From: Chiloscyllium plagiosum
Lineage: Eukaryota
NCBI RefSeq assembly: GCF_004010195.1
Contig: NC_057720.1
Span: 34,067,016-34,130,261, forward strand
Length of the DNA stretch: 63,246 bases
Direction: 5' to 3'
In this document: positions 12,736-26,545 of the stretch, piece after piece
Layout: each line of letters starts with the position of its first letter
Numbering within the stretch: position 1 is the stretch's first letter
The notes under the pieces: generated by a model
Told to the model about the DNA's origin: nothing
The model's database searches: none
The model's input: the letters and a program-made list of their open reading frames with translations, nothing else
Program-made: the position numbers and the translations under genes

Positions 12736-13847
12736 AAATATTTAAAAAAGGGAGAAATTGAGACCGGAATTGTCCATCACATTTGTACTTAAAATACAAA
12801 ATGCTGGTAAGCAGTGCATCTCTCATTATTCTCCAAAACAAAACAATAGGTCAAACGCAGAAGCAGACCCATGCAATTCCCCCATTCACCTCCTCTCCCA
12901 GCACTGTGTTAAATGAACTCCATCCCAAGTATCAACCTAATCAGTTTCCTCTACCAGAAAGAAAAAGGACAAGGTTTGACACAATTAGCGTATAGGACAT
13001 TTAAAAACATATTATGGTATATGGATGTTGCTGGAATTTATTGCCTGTCTCAGTTGCTATAGAAATGGGAAAGGTGAGCCACCTTCCTAACCACTACAAT
13101 CCGTGTGCTGAAGGTACTCCCACAGAACCGATGAGGCACAGTTCCCAGGATTTTGATGCAGTGATAATAGCAATATATTGCCATATCTGGACGGTTTGTG
13201 ACTTGGATGGGCATTTCCTATGTGCCTTATCTATTTAGTCTGTTTTGGAGGTGCTGACACAGAATCATAGCAAGCTGCACTCACCACACTGCACTTCAGA
13301 CTTGAGTTTATGGATGATCAAAAGGTTTTCAGGAGTCAGGAGCAAAGTTCCTGCTAAGCTGTGTGGGCATGCAGCAGTCTGAGAGATCAAGGTGGGAGGT
13401 GTAGGAGGGCAGCAGGAGTCAAAAGGTCAAATCAAAATCAACGCACGTTCATATTTGCTGATAAAATAGCAATATTTAGCAAAGCTGATCCTAATCTGTA
13501 TTTGTCCTTCCCAAATAAAACAGACTGCTCCACCATGATCACCATATATGTTAGCTAAATCTTTACCGGATAGAAGGAATGTTTTATGTCTTGAACAATG
13601 GCATTTGCTACAATGCAGTTGCATTGAGAGATGAAAGGGAAGAACGACAATGATTTGTGGTGAAAACTGAGTAAGTCTTTCCAAAATGGTCTAATCTAGG
13701 ATTTGCAGGACCATTCTCTCACCTCAAGATATCTCTGCAGTTAAGTAAGAAAATAGCCGGCACTTCAATTAGGAAAACATTCCCACATGACCAAATAATT
13801 TCCAATGTCTTCCCATTCAGTGATCTATATTATTTTTTAAATCTTAC

Positions 13848-13977
13848 CATCCTTGCACTCTGGGCAGCACTTTCCTTTCTCATACTTTGGATTAACACAT
13901 GCAGGCGGAGCACAATCAGCGACTAGACAGCGTGCAATGCCATCCATGTCACAGGTACATTGTTCACACTCTGATGG
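13848..13977 (-). CDS. VWC2-like (Brorin-family) coding exon 2
   Basis: Not in the ORF track; read manually. Acceptor tgttgtatttcag|CCATCAGAG, translation PSECEQCTCDMDGIARCLVADCAPPACVNPKYEKGKCCPECKD-G, donor GATG|gtaaga. 130 nt, phase 0 to 1. Matches the PSPCEWCRC...CCPVCKNG exon of VWC2/VWC2L. Confidence 0.93.
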
Positions 13978-14674
13978 CTGAAATACAACATGAAAATATT
14001 CACATGAAAGTTTGCAAGCAATCTGTCATAAAATGAATTAAAGGCAAGAAATTTGAAACAGGAGTCTGCTATTCAGCTCTTCGAGAATGATCTACCATTC
14101 ACATCTATTACATCAGGATAGTTTGTCAACTCCACATTAATCTCTTTCCTAAAAGTATCAATTGACCCTTAGGATCCATAAACATTTGGTAAATCAGAGC
14201 TCCAGATTACCACAATGTCTTATATTTTTTTTAAAAAAGCATCCTAATTTCATTTTTTCTGTTGTCTAAGTCTATCTTCAAACTAAAAGTTCCTACTGAT
14301 GCTTCAGCTTTTGTCTGGCAGCCAATATGTCAAGTGAATGAAGCAATGCCAATGTTCAAAAGGCTGGATCCCATGGTGAGATACAGCCAGGCAAGTCATC
14401 AGAATCCTTGAAAATTGCTCATTTTTCAAAAACTATACTCTTACTTGGGGCATTGAAAACATAATGACTGCAGTTGAGCAGAGTTGTGTGGTGGGCCGTT
14501 CGAAGGGGGGGCTAATACAGATGTCAATTTCCTGCACTCATGGCTAGGTGTCCATTCTTGAATAGAATTTGAATTGGAGGGAAGTGTCCAACCTCATCTG
14601 AACCATTACGTATGATCTAATTTCTGACACTTATCCTCACTGGCACATTTTTCCCAGCTTATTCTTGGACTTCA

Positions 14675-14892
14675 GGGTTCTTGTGGTGCAGTGATGGTGT
14701 CCTTACCTTGGAATGAAGAGGTAGGGTTTCAAATCCCACCTGCTCATAACATATCTGAACAAATTATTTAAAAATATCTCCCACTCTGTGCAGTGTTAGT
14801 GTCCTTACCTCTGGGCTAGAAGGCCAGGTTTCCAGTCCCACCTACTCCAGAAGTGTGCCATCACATATTTGAACAGGTTGCTTAAAAATACC
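14675..14892 (+). mobile_element. Two tandem short tRNA-derived SINE copies
   Basis: Two diverged ~105-bp units: gtgcagtg..gtgtccttacct..tcccacct.ctc..atat.tgaaca..ttaaaaata. Confidence 0.55.
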
Positions 14893-15529
14893 CAATCTGG
14901 GACTTCACACTCCCAAGTGAAATCTTACAGTTTAAGATAAATATTGTTGCATGATAGCTATAAAGGCTCACCACATTTACAATAATATTTAGGAAATACA
15001 GGGTGATCAGGAATTGCCTAGTGATATTGTCAAAGAAATGATAAACATTGAATAATTACTTTGCATTAATATTTGCAGTACAGGAAGGTGGTGGCATTCT
15101 GAAAATCCCAAGGAAGCTTAACAAGATTACATAAGCAAAATAATTCCATTCTATGAGTTTCCTGCCCAAACGAAGGTCTTTGGATCGCGAATTACTGAAC
15201 CATTTTTTCTTGGTGTTTTAGTCAGTGATGGTTTGCAATTGCTTTCCACTCAGAGGGACAAGTTTACTTAAGTCAAATCAGAAATAAAACTTTGCCATCG
15301 CATTATCTTAAACATTAGTCATTGAAGCTAACAGGCAGCTTCTTAAGCAAAATTTTAGCACTGGAGTAAATAATGGCACTAGATAGTCACAACTTCCTCG
15401 TACTAGATAGTTTCCATCCCAAGAGTTTAAAAAAACAAACAGATGAAAACCCTTGTTGCCGTATTCCAAAGATTTTTTGGTTTAGTAACAATTCCTTTAG
15501 ATGCAAAATTATGTTACTCCATTATTGGA

Positions 15530-16930
15530 GAAAAGTGAGAAGGATAACAGGGAATTACAGGTCATTAACAGTATTGTTAGAAATTATTTGTCTATATTTA
15601 AGGATAGAGCACTGAACACTTTGAAAATTTATATTCAATTGTAAAGGATAGGATATCCACGATGAAGTTGACTGAACCGTTTGAAGAGTTGACTAAATTA
15701 CAGGACAAATTAGTGCAAATGAATGTTATATATGCAAACTTCCAGAAGGCACTTGATGATGTTAAGCTAAATTGGAACTCGTGGGATTGAAGGCACATTG
15801 TTGCTACTCAATTTCTTTATCAGGTCAATAATCAGAAACTAGGGATATTGGGAAGATCCTCCAAGTGACAGGAGCTGGTTAGTGGTGTGCTGTCGGCCTG
15901 CAGTGATTTGTTTTGGGACATCACCAAGTTTACTGAAGACTTACTGACAGACTAGAAAGCTATTTAGCCAAGTTTGCCAATGACACAAAAGTAGGTGGCA
16001 GTATGAGCAGTGTATATAGAAACATAAATTATAAGGAGATATTAATAAAGTAAGCAAGTCTGTGAAACAGTGGCAAATGGATTTCAGTGTAGGCAACTGT
16101 CAGGTCAACGTTTTAATTAAATAGGTAAGTCAGAGAGCCTTTTACTGAAAAGAAACTTATAACATTGGAGGTCCACAGAGACTTAGGGTCCCATATAAAT
16201 GGATTAACATATTATGAAAAGGTGCAGAAAATAATCAATGTTAATTGAATGTAGGTCTTTTTATCTGGAGGACAAAAATGTGAAAGTCATACTAAAGCCT
16301 AAAGACTATTTGGAGTACTGTGAACATTCCACGTTCCACACCTTTTGAAGATATATCATCCTTGGAGGAAACATGACCGATTTACCAGGATGATACCTAG
16401 ACTCCAAAGGTTAAGTTATGAAGCAAGATTGCAACAATTCGAGTTGAATTCCCTGGAACCTATGAAAAGTTTAATTTCAGTGAAGGTTTAAGAGGTACTA
16501 AGGCAAATAACTAGTATAGACAGGGAGCAACAACTTTTGCGAATTAAAGGGTCGAGGACTAGTGGGCGAATTTAAGTTAGAGTCAAATCTTTTATGTAAC
16601 AGTTTGAAACTCTTCTTCAAATGCTAATTGATGCTTAATAGATTATTAATTTTGAATGAGATTGATAATTTTGTTAACCAAGTGTTTTAAGGGATGAAAG
16701 TTTGCTTTTATGAAAGTACACGTGAACTTACAAATTTGGAGAAGTTTTCTTGAGCCTGCTCCACCATTCAATAAGATTGGAACTGATCGGATTATAGCCT
16801 CAACTTCACTTTTCTGCCCACCTACTTTACCCTTTGACAAGAATCTGTCTACCTCTGCCTTAGAATTATTCAATGACCCTGCCTTCGTTGTTTTTTGGTG
16901 AAGTGAATTTCACATCCTCTCAGAGAAAAA
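15530..16930. mobile_element. Old, degenerate CR1 fragments (plus-strand RT, then a minus-strand tail at ~16720-16930)
   Basis: Decayed gggaattacaggtc (NYRP-like), ttccagaaggcacttgat and aagtttgccaatgacacaaaa (KFADDTK-like). Confidence 0.6.
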
Positions 16931-17754
16931 CAATCTCCCATCCTATGTTGACCCACCTGTTCCTGACACTAGCCATTCTGAGCTAACACTGATTTTACTA
17001 ATATTGAACCAGGAGCCACCTTCTGATAATAAAATTTACACTTACAGTTAAAATGTCAACGCTTTCAACAATTAACAGCCCACTATAGTTCACTGCTGCC
17101 GCCTTGGCCCCCACATTCTTACTGTGTCTGATATTTTTAACTTAACTTCAAATGTATTACATTGACTACAAAATTGTTTGGAACATCCAAGAAAAAGTTG
17201 CAATATAAATTCAATTTGCTTTGTTTTGATGCCTGGATTATGTTTCACAGGAACATTATGAAATAGAATTTGACACTACCACATGCCGGAATATTGAGAC
17301 AGTTGATTCTAATCTTACCAGAAGGGTGGGTGTTTAAAAAAAAACAATTTAAGGAACTTAAAAGTAAGGATGAGAATTTTTAAATTGCTGCATTTCAAAC
17401 TGGGAGCCAGTGTTGGTGGCAAGTAGAGAGGTGAACAGAATTGGGTGTAAATTAGGAAACAACAGCAGACTTTGGGCAAATGCAACATTATAAAGGTAGA
17501 GAACAGGTGTCCAGTAAGGAAAACACAATAATAGTCAAGTCTAAAGGTAATAAAGCTATGAATTAAGGTTTCACAGACTCGTTAAGCATAGAAACAGACC
17601 CTTTGGTCCAACGAGTCCACACTGACCATGTTCCCAAACTAAACTAGTCCCACCTGCCTGTGTTTGGCCAAGTGTTTCCTACTCATGTACTTACCAAATG
17701 TGTTTGAAATGTTTTAACCGTACCTGCATTGACCACTTCCTCTGGCAGTTCATT

Positions 17755-19783
17755 AGGAGGATTTACTGACACAGTATTTAGACAGGCCCACAAGGGGAGA
17801 TGCCATATCGGATTTGGTACTAGATAATGAATCCGGCCAGGTGTTTCGTGAAATATGGAGCTTATTTAAGGAACAGCTACTGCGGGTCCTTGGTAAGTAT
17901 ATACCCATCAGGCAGGGAGGTAGTTGTCAAGAGAGGGAGCCATGCTTTACTAGAGAAGTTGAAACTCTTGTCAAGAGGAAGAAGGCGGATTATGTGAAGA
18001 TGAGGCGTGAAGGCTTAGTTAGGGGCTTGAGAGTTATACGTTAGCCAAAAAGATCTAAAGGGAGGGCTAAGAAGAGCCAGGAGGGACATGAGAAGTTGTT
18101 GGCAGATAGGATCAAGGAAAACCCTAAGGCCTTCTATAGGTATATCAGGAATAAAAGAATGACTAGAGTAAGATTAGGGCTAATCAAAGATAGTAGTGAG
18201 AAGCTGTGTGTGGAATCTGAGGACATGGGGAAGTGCTTAATGAATACTTTTCATCAGCATTCACATTGGAAAAGGGCAATGCTGGTGAGAATATGGATAT
18301 ACAGACCCCTGGACCGGATGGGATTTGTCAACTGGAGTACTGTCAGAAGACTGGAGGATAACAAACCTTGTTCCCTTGTTTAAGAAGGGGAGTTTGGGAC
18401 AATCCTGGTAATTATAGGTCAGTGAGCCTTACTTCGATTGTGGGTAAGGTATTGGAAAAGGTTGTATGACAGAGGATTTATAATCATCTGGAAAGGAATA
18501 ATTTAATTAGGGATAGTCAACACAGGTTTGTCAAGGATAGGTTGGGTCTCACTAACCCTATTGAGTTCTTTGAGAAGGTGACAAAACAGGTAGATGAAGC
18601 TAAAGCAGTTGATGTGGTGTACATGGACCTCAGTAAGGCGTTTGATAAAGTTCCACATGGTAGGCTATTGCACAAAACACGGAGGTTTGGGATTGAAGGT
18701 GATTTAGTGGTTTGGGTCAGAAATTGGCTGTCTGAAAGAAGACAAATGGTGGTGGTTGATGGGAAATGTTCATCCTGGAGCTCAGTTACCAGTGGTTTGC
18801 TGCAAGGATTTGTTTTGGGGCCACTGCTGATTGTCATTTTTATAAATGATCTGGATGTGGGCATAGAAGGATGGGTTAGTAAATTTGCGCATGACATTAT
18901 GGTAGGCAGAGTTGTGAATAGTGCCGAAGGATGTTGTGGGTTACAGAGGAACATCGAAAAGATGCAGAGTGGGCTGAGAAGTGGCAAATGGAGTTTAATG
19001 CGGAAAAGTGTGACGTAGTTCATTTCAAAAGAAGTAAGAAGAATGCAGAGTACTGGGCTAATGGTAAAGTTCTTGGCAGTGTAGATGAATAGAGAGATCT
19101 TGGTGTCCAGGTGCATAAATCCCTGAAAGTTGCCACTCGGGTTGATAGGGTTGTTAAGAAGGTATATGGTGTGTTGGCGTTTATTGGTAGGGGGATTGAG
19201 TTTCAGAACCACGAGGTCATGCTTCAGCTGTACAAGACACTGGTGCGGCCGCACCTGGAGAATTGCGTGCAGTTCTGGTCACCTCATTATTGGAAGGATG
19301 TGGAAGCTTTGGAAAGGGTTCAGAGGAGATTTACTAGGATGTTGCCTGGTATGAAAGGAAGGTCTTGCGAGGAAAGGCTGAGGGAATTGAGGCTGTTTTC
19401 ATTGGAGAGAAGAAGGTTGAGAGGTGACTTAATCGTGACATATAAGATAATCAGAGGGTTAGTTAGGGTGGACAGTGAGAGCCTTTTTCCTCGATGGTAA
19501 AGGCTAACACAAGGGGACAGTGCTTTAAATTGAGGGGTGATAGATTTAGGACAGATATCGGGGTAGTGTCTTCGCTCAGAGAGTAGTAGAGGTGTGGAAC
19601 GGCCTGTCTGCAACAGTAGAAGACATCCTGACTTTAAGAGCATTTAAATGGGCATTGGATATACATATGGATAATAATGAAAAGGTGTAGATTTAACGGG
19701 CATCAAATTAATTTCACAGGTCAGCGCAACATTGAGGGCTGAAGGGCCTGTACTGCGCTGGAATGTTCTATATTCTATATATA
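17755..19783 (+). mobile_element. CR1 LINE ORF2 fragment nested in a minus-strand CR1 3' end (host 17580-17754 and 19784-20040)
   Basis: KENPKAFYRYIR, SKAFDKVPHGRL, QGFVLGPLL, ERVQRRFTRMLPG; (TTCTATA)-like tail. TTCATT duplicated at 17749-17754 and 19784-19789. Confidence 0.9.
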
Positions 19784-21039
19784 TTCATTCCATACACTAA
19801 CTACTCTCTGTGTAAAACAAGTTGCCCCTGGGGGCATTTTCAAATCATTCTCCTCTCAACTTAAAAATATGCCCCCTAGTTTTGAACTCCCCCATCTGAG
19901 GGAAAAGACCTTTTCTCGTCTCCTTATCTATGCCCATCATGATTTTATAAACCTCTATAAGGTCACCCCTCAACCTCCTACGGTCCAGTGAAGAAGTCCC
20001 AGCCTATCCAGATTGGTTTTATAACTCAACCCCTCCATTCACGAATAGAGGGACCATGGGAAGAGCTGAGTCAGGTGATGATACAGAGAAGGAGGAGGTA
20101 ATCTTTTGCTGATTGAACAGACATGGAGTCAGAAGCTCAGCAGGGATCAAATAGTGTGCTAAGGTTACAAACTATTTGCTCAGATCCAGACAGTGATAAG
20201 AGCAAAGGATGAAGTGACTGTGATTAAAGACAATGGATTTGCTTGTTCTCAATTTTTGATGGGAAACAGTGTTGCTCACCAACTTCAAAACTGGTTTAGT
20301 CTCTGAAAATATTTTGTGAGTTTCACTCTGCTAACTTTCCCCACCCTCCTCTCTGACCTATCACCTCCATCCCCACTCGGATGCTGCCTGACCTGCTGTG
20401 CTTTTCCAGCACCACTCTAATCTAGACTCTGGTTTCCAGCGTCTGCGGTCCTTGCTTTTACCCTGAGACATCCTGAGTCTAAATAGTCCAATGGATCCAG
20501 AATGAACAAAATTCACAATAAAACCAGAGCAATGCCTCATGTTACTTGAGGCAAAAAGCTCTGCCAATAGCTCTGAGCCAACCTGACACAATAACTATAA
20601 AACAAAAAATACAAAAGTCATGGATTGAGGCATTTAATTGGATTATTAGCCAATTCAAATTGTTGCCTTTCAAAACTTTTGTGAAAAATTCCTGGAAGTA
20701 ATGTCCTTTGATTTGTGGACATCAAATATAATAGAACCCTTTCTAATGCTATTTTGGAAATCATACAAAATGTTATGAGTTCAGGCTCCATAATATTTGT
20801 CAAGAATACGAATCATTCTAACGACAACTTTGGAAAACAAGTTACTTAAAATGGTTACATTAGTAGCAACAGACCAGTAATCTCAACTCAAAGCATGCAA
20901 AACTTCCTGTCTCCCTGCTATTGGCCTACCATAATGTTTTTGCCAAAGTTATGAGCATGGTATTGTTCCTGATTTTAAAATGTTGCAAGTTTACATAATG
21001 TTGAGTAGGAGGAGTCTCCAGGGTACAAAGTTTCTTCTG

Positions 21040-21838
21040 GAGGCTAAGATAATGGACTTGACTTTCCATAGATTGAAAATTGGTTAATATGCAGAAGAAA
21101 AAGAGTCAGGATTAATGGGTCTTTTTCAGGTTGGAAAGATGTAACAAGTGGAGTACCACAAGGATCAGTTTGAGGGGCTCAATTTTTACTATCTACATTA
21201 ATGATATGGAGGAGGGGCACAGCGTAATGTACCCAAATTAGCTGGCAATACAAAAATAGATGGGATGGCATGTTGTGATGAGTACATAAGATATAAATAG
21301 GTTGAATGAGCAGCAAAAACTTGGCATATGGAGTTTAAAATGAAGTCAAGCACTTTATGAGGAAGAATCAAAAGGCAAACTATTATTAAAATAGACAGAA
21401 ACTGTAAAAAGATGTAGCACAGAGGAATGTGGGTATTATTGTGCATGAAACTGAAAACGTCACGCACAGCAAGTAATTAAACAGGCAAACAGAATTTTGA
21501 CCTTTTCTGCAGAGGGCTGGAGTTTAAAAAATAGTTACAACTTATAACAACTGTACAGGGTGTTAGTGAGGCCACAACTGCAGCGCTGAGTTCAGGTTTG
21601 TCTCAATATTTAAGAAAACATACCGGCACTGAGGGCAGTTCCTATGGTAATGCAGTTGACTTATCAAGAACAGTTAAACAGGTTAGGCCCTTATTCATGA
21701 CAGCTTAGAAGAATTGGAACACAAGATTTTGATGGAGCTTGACACCGTAGGTGTTGAGAAGATGTTTCCCCCTAATGAGGGAACAGGAACTAGGGGACAT
21801 AGTTACAAAATAAAGGGACACCATTTAAATCTGAAATG
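21040..21838 (+). mobile_element. Old CR1 RT fragment
   Basis: Decayed gattgaaaattggtta, agtggagtaccacaaggatcagt (SGVPQGS) and gaactaggggacatagtt. Confidence 0.7.
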
Positions 21839-23031
21839 TATCCGACCAATAGATCCACATCAGATGCCATATCACGTGCCCTTCACTCCTCCTTAGAACA
21901 TCTTGACGCCAAGAACAGCTACGTAAGAATCCTACTCATTGACTACAGTTCAGCCTTCAACACTATTATCCCCTCAAGACTGATTACTAAACGTAGTGAT
22001 CTCAGACTAAGCGCCACTCTCTGAAACTGGATCATTAGTTTCCTGACCCACAGGCCACAATCAGTGAAGATTGGGGACAATATTTCATCCTCACTAACAC
22101 TCAATACTGGAGACCCCCAGGGGTGTGTACTCAGCCCCCTACTGTACTCACTGTATACCCATGACTGCGTCGCTAAATACCAGACTAATGCCATTTACAA
22201 GTCCGCTGATGACCACCACCACAGTCGTCGAATCTCAGATGGCAACGAAACAGATTACAGACGGGAGGTGGAAGACCTGGAAAAATGGTGCACTGAGAAC
22301 CTAGCTCTCAATGCCAGCAAAACCAAGGAACTCATTATTGACTTTCGGCGGGATGTTACTCATGCCCCCTCTACCCATTAACAGAACAGAGGTGGAACGA
22401 GTGGAGAGTGTCAAGCTCCTGGGAGTGGTCATCCACAACAAGCTTTCTTGGACTCCTCATGTGGACACACTGGTTACAAAGGCCCAACAATGTATCTTTT
22501 TCCTCAGGCAGCTGAGGAAAGTTGGCATGACAGCGAATACCCTTGCCGACTTTTATAGTTGCGCCATCAAGAGCACTCTGTCTGGATGTATCACTACCTG
22601 GTATCGCAACTGTACCTTTCAACATCGGAGATGGTTACAGAGAGTGGTGAACTCGGTCTGGACAATCACAAAGGCCAACCTCCCACCTGTAGAATCCATC
22701 TACCAGGCCCGCTGTCAAGGAAAGGCTGCCAACATTCTCAAAGACCCATCCCAACCTGGCAATATTTTTCTACAACCTCTACCATTGGGGAGAAGGTATC
22801 GAAGCCTGAACACATGCACCAGCCAGTTTCGTAACAGTTTCTACCCTCCTGTTGTTAGAATACTGAATGGACTCACAAACTCTTAACATTCGCCTGTACC
22901 TGTGTTTTTGTTTTTGTTGCTGTTTACCTTTTATTTACTTATCTATGCTGTTTAACTGCCTGTATTGCTTGCAAGACAAAGCTTTTCACTGCACCTCGGT
23001 ACACGTGACAATAAATTCAATTCAATTCAAT
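21839..23031 (+). mobile_element. Rex1/Babar-clade non-LTR retrotransposon, 3' part
   Basis: [66 protein letters not shown]; ends AATAAA(TTCAA)n. Confidence 0.88.
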
Positions 23032-23034
23032 GTA

Positions 23035-25700
23035 AGGCATTTAGCCATTTTCTGATCCAAACCGCTAAATCACCCTCAATCCCATGCCTCTGTATTTTGT
23101 GCAATAGCCTACAGTGGGGAAACTTATCAAACGTCGTACTGAAATCCAACCGCTTTACCCTTATCCATCTGTTTGGTCACCTTCTCAAAGAACTCAGTAA
23201 GATTTGAGAGGCACGACCTACCCTTCACAAAACTGTGTTGACTATCTCTAATCAACTTATTCCTTTCTAAATAATAAACCCTATCTCTTATAACCTTTTC
23301 TAACACTTTATCCACAACCAAAGTAAGGCTGACTGGTCTATAATTTCCAGTGTTGTCTCTACTCCCCTTCTTGAACAAGGGGACAACATTTGCTATCCTC
23401 CAGTCTTCTAGCACTATTTGTGGAGGCAATGATGACATAAAGATCAAAGCCAAAGGCTCTGCAGTCTCCTCCCTAGCTTCCCAGAGAATCCTAGGATAAA
23501 TCCCATCCGGCCCAGGGGACTTATCTATTTTCATATTTTCTAGAATTGTTAACACCTCCTCCTTGTAAACCGCAATCCCATCTAGTCTAGTAGCCTGTTT
23601 CTCAGTATTCTCCTCGACAACATTATCTTTTTCTAGTGTGAATACTGATGAAAAATATTCACTTAGTGCTTCTCCTATCTCCCCTGACTCTACACACACC
23701 TTCCCACTATTATCCTTTATTGGCCTAATCTTAATCTGGTCATTCTTTTATTTCTGATATACCTATAGAAAGCTTTAGGGTTTTCCTTGATCCTATCTGC
23801 CAACGACTTCTCAAGTCCCCTCCTGGTTCTTCTTAACTCTTTCTTTACGTCTTTAGGCTAACTTGAAACTCAAAAGTGCCCTAAGTGAACCTTCATGTCT
23901 CATCCTAACATCAGCCTTCTTCTTCCTTTTGACAAGAGATTCAACTTCTTTAGTAAATCTATATACCTATTCCTTTCCATCACAAAAGTAAACATAACCG
24001 AATTGTGGTCACTATCACCAAAGTGCTCACCTCACCTCCAAATCTAACACCTGGCCTGGTTCATTACCCAGTACTAAATCTAATGTGGCCTCGCCCCTTA
24101 TTGGCCTGTCTACATGCTGTGGCAGGAAACCCTCCTGCACACATTGGACAAAAATTGATCTATCTAAAGTACTCGAACTATAGTATTCCGAGTCAATATT
24201 TGGAAAGTTAAAGTCCCCCATGATAACTACCCTGTCACTCTCACTCCTGTCGAGAATCATCTTTGCTATTCTTTCCTCTAAATCTCTGGAACTACTCAGA
24301 GGCCTATAGAAAACTCTCAACAGGGTAACCTTTCCTGTTTCTAACCTCAGCCCATACTAATTCAGTAGATGAGTCCTCAAATGTCCTTTCTGCAACTGTA
24401 ATGCTGTCTTTGGTGAACAATCCTCCCAGCCATCCACCACCACCTTCTGTGCTCTTAATGAAACATCTAAACCCTGAACCTGCAACAACCATTCCTGTCC
24501 CTGCTCTATCCAAGTTTCTGAAATGGCCACAACATCGAAGTCCCAGGTATCAACCCATGCTGCAAGTTAACCCACCTTATTCCGGATGCTCTTGGTGTAG
24601 AAGTAGACACACTTCAGACCAATTTCTTACTTGCCGGTGCACTCTTGCATCCTTGAAACCTTATTTCTGACTTCACTACTTTCAACCTCCTGTATGCTCA
24701 AACTACAATTCAGGTTCCCAACCGTCTGTTGAATTAATTTAAACCCACCCGAACAGCATGAGCAAATGTTTCCCCCCAGGATAGTGGTACTCCTTTTGTT
24801 CAGTTGAAGACCATCCTGTTTGTGGAGGTCTCCCACCTAACCCAGAAAGAGCCCCAATTATCCAGGTATCCAAAATCCTACCTCCTGCACCACCCCTGTA
24901 GCCACGTGTTCAAGTCCTCTTTCTCCCTATTCCTCACCTCGCTAGCACATGGCACAGACAACAAACCAGAGATAACAACTCTGTCTGTTCTAGCTCTAAG
25001 CTTCTGCCCTAGCTCCCTGAATTTCTGCCTTAAGTCCCCATCCCTTTTCCTACCTCTGTCGTTGGTGCCTAGGTGGACCACGACTTGGGGCTGCTCATCC
25101 TCCCCCTTCAAGAATCCCAAAAACGCGATCAAGGACATCATGGACCCTGGCACCTGGGAAGTAACACACCAACTGTGAGTGTCTCTCGTTCCCACAGAAC
25201 CTCCTATCTGTCCCCCTAACTATTGCTTTGCTTCTCTTCCCCCTCCCCTTCTGAGCAACAGGAACAGACTCCGTGCCAGAGAACTGTACCCCATGGCTTA
25301 TGCCTGGTAAGTCATCCTCCGCAACAGTATCCAAAACGGGATACTTGCTGTTGAGGGGAACGGCCACAGGGGGGACCCCTGCACTGCCTGCCAGTTCCCT
25401 TTCTGTCCCCTGACAGTAAACCATCTCCCACCTTGTTGTACCTGAGGTGTGACTACCTCCCTGTAACTCCTCTCAATAACCCCCTCAGCCTCCCAAATGA
25501 TCCGAAGGTCATCTAGTTCCAGATCCAGCTCCCTAACACGGTTTTCAAGGAGCTGGAGTTGGGTGCACTTCCCCGCAGATGCAGTCAGCAGGGATACTAG
25601 TGGTGACCCTTACCCCCCACATTCTACAGAAGGAACATTCAACTGCCCTAACTTCCATTCTCACTATTCAAAATTCCCAGCGAGACTACTGAAAAACTAA
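23035..25700 (-). mobile_element. CR1 LINE 5' part: ORF1 (SGNH esterase-like), AP endonuclease and start of RT
   Basis: PGARVHDV, EQPQVVVHLGTND, VVISGLL (ORF1 esterase); FYRP, IMGDFNFPNID, TLDLVLGN (endonuclease); KSPGPDGIYPRIL, NYRPVSL. All frameshifted. Confidence 0.9.
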
Positions 25701-25704
25701 AGGA

Positions 25705-26545
25705 TGAATGCTGGGTCAACTACTTTTCATCACTTATATAAATGATTTGGATGTGAACATAGGAGGCATAGTGAGTAAGTTTGCAGCTGACACCAAAATT
25801 GGAGGCGTAGTGGACAGCGAAGAAGGTTACCTCAGATTACAATGGGATCTTGATCAGACGGGCCAATGGGCTGAAGAGTAGCAGATGGAGTTTAATTTAG
25901 ATAAATATGAGGTGTTGCATTTTGGAAAAGCAAATCAGAGGAGGACTTATACACTTAATAGTGAGGCCCTGGGGAGTGATGCTGAACGAAGAGACTTTGG
26001 AGTGCAGGTTCATAGCTCCTTGAAAGTGGAGTCATGGGTAGATAGGATAGTGAAGAAGGCATTTGGTATGCTTTCCTTTATTGGTCAGAGTATTGAGTTA
26101 GGAGGTCATGGTGCAGCTGTACAGGAAATTGGTTAGGCCACTTTTGGAATGTTGTGTACAATTCTGGTCAGAGGCTGGGGTTGTTTTCCCTGGAGTGCCA
26201 GAGGCTGAGGGGTGATCTTATAGAGGTTTATTAAATCATAGGGTGGAGGAGTCCAGGACTAGAGGGCATAGGTTTAGGGTGAAAGGGAAAAGATATAAAA
26301 GGGATCTAAGGGGTAACTTTTTCACACAGAGAGTGATGCGTGTATGAAGTGAGTTGCCAGAGGAAGTGGTGGAGGCTGGTACAGTTACAGCATTTGAAAG
26401 GCATCTGGATGGTTAGATGAATAGGAAGGTTTTAGAGGGATATGGGCCAAGTGCTAGCAAATGGGACTAGATTAGGATATCTGGTTGGCATGGACAAGCT
26501 GGACCGAAGGGTCTGTTTCCGTGCTGTTCATTTCGATGACTTCTC
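25705..26545 (+). mobile_element. CR1 LINE 3' fragment
   Basis: YINDLD, KFAADTKIGG, MEFNLDKYEVLHFG; 3' UTR as in the 39.4-40.3 kb copy. Confidence 0.88.

Noticed and set aside
23035..26545. Minus-strand CR1 5' half abutting a plus-strand CR1 3' half, resembling a twin-priming inversion
   Set aside because: The geometry fits, but the minus part resembles the 17.8/53.0 kb subfamily while the plus part resembles the 39.4/49.6 kb subfamily. Two independent insertions are more likely.
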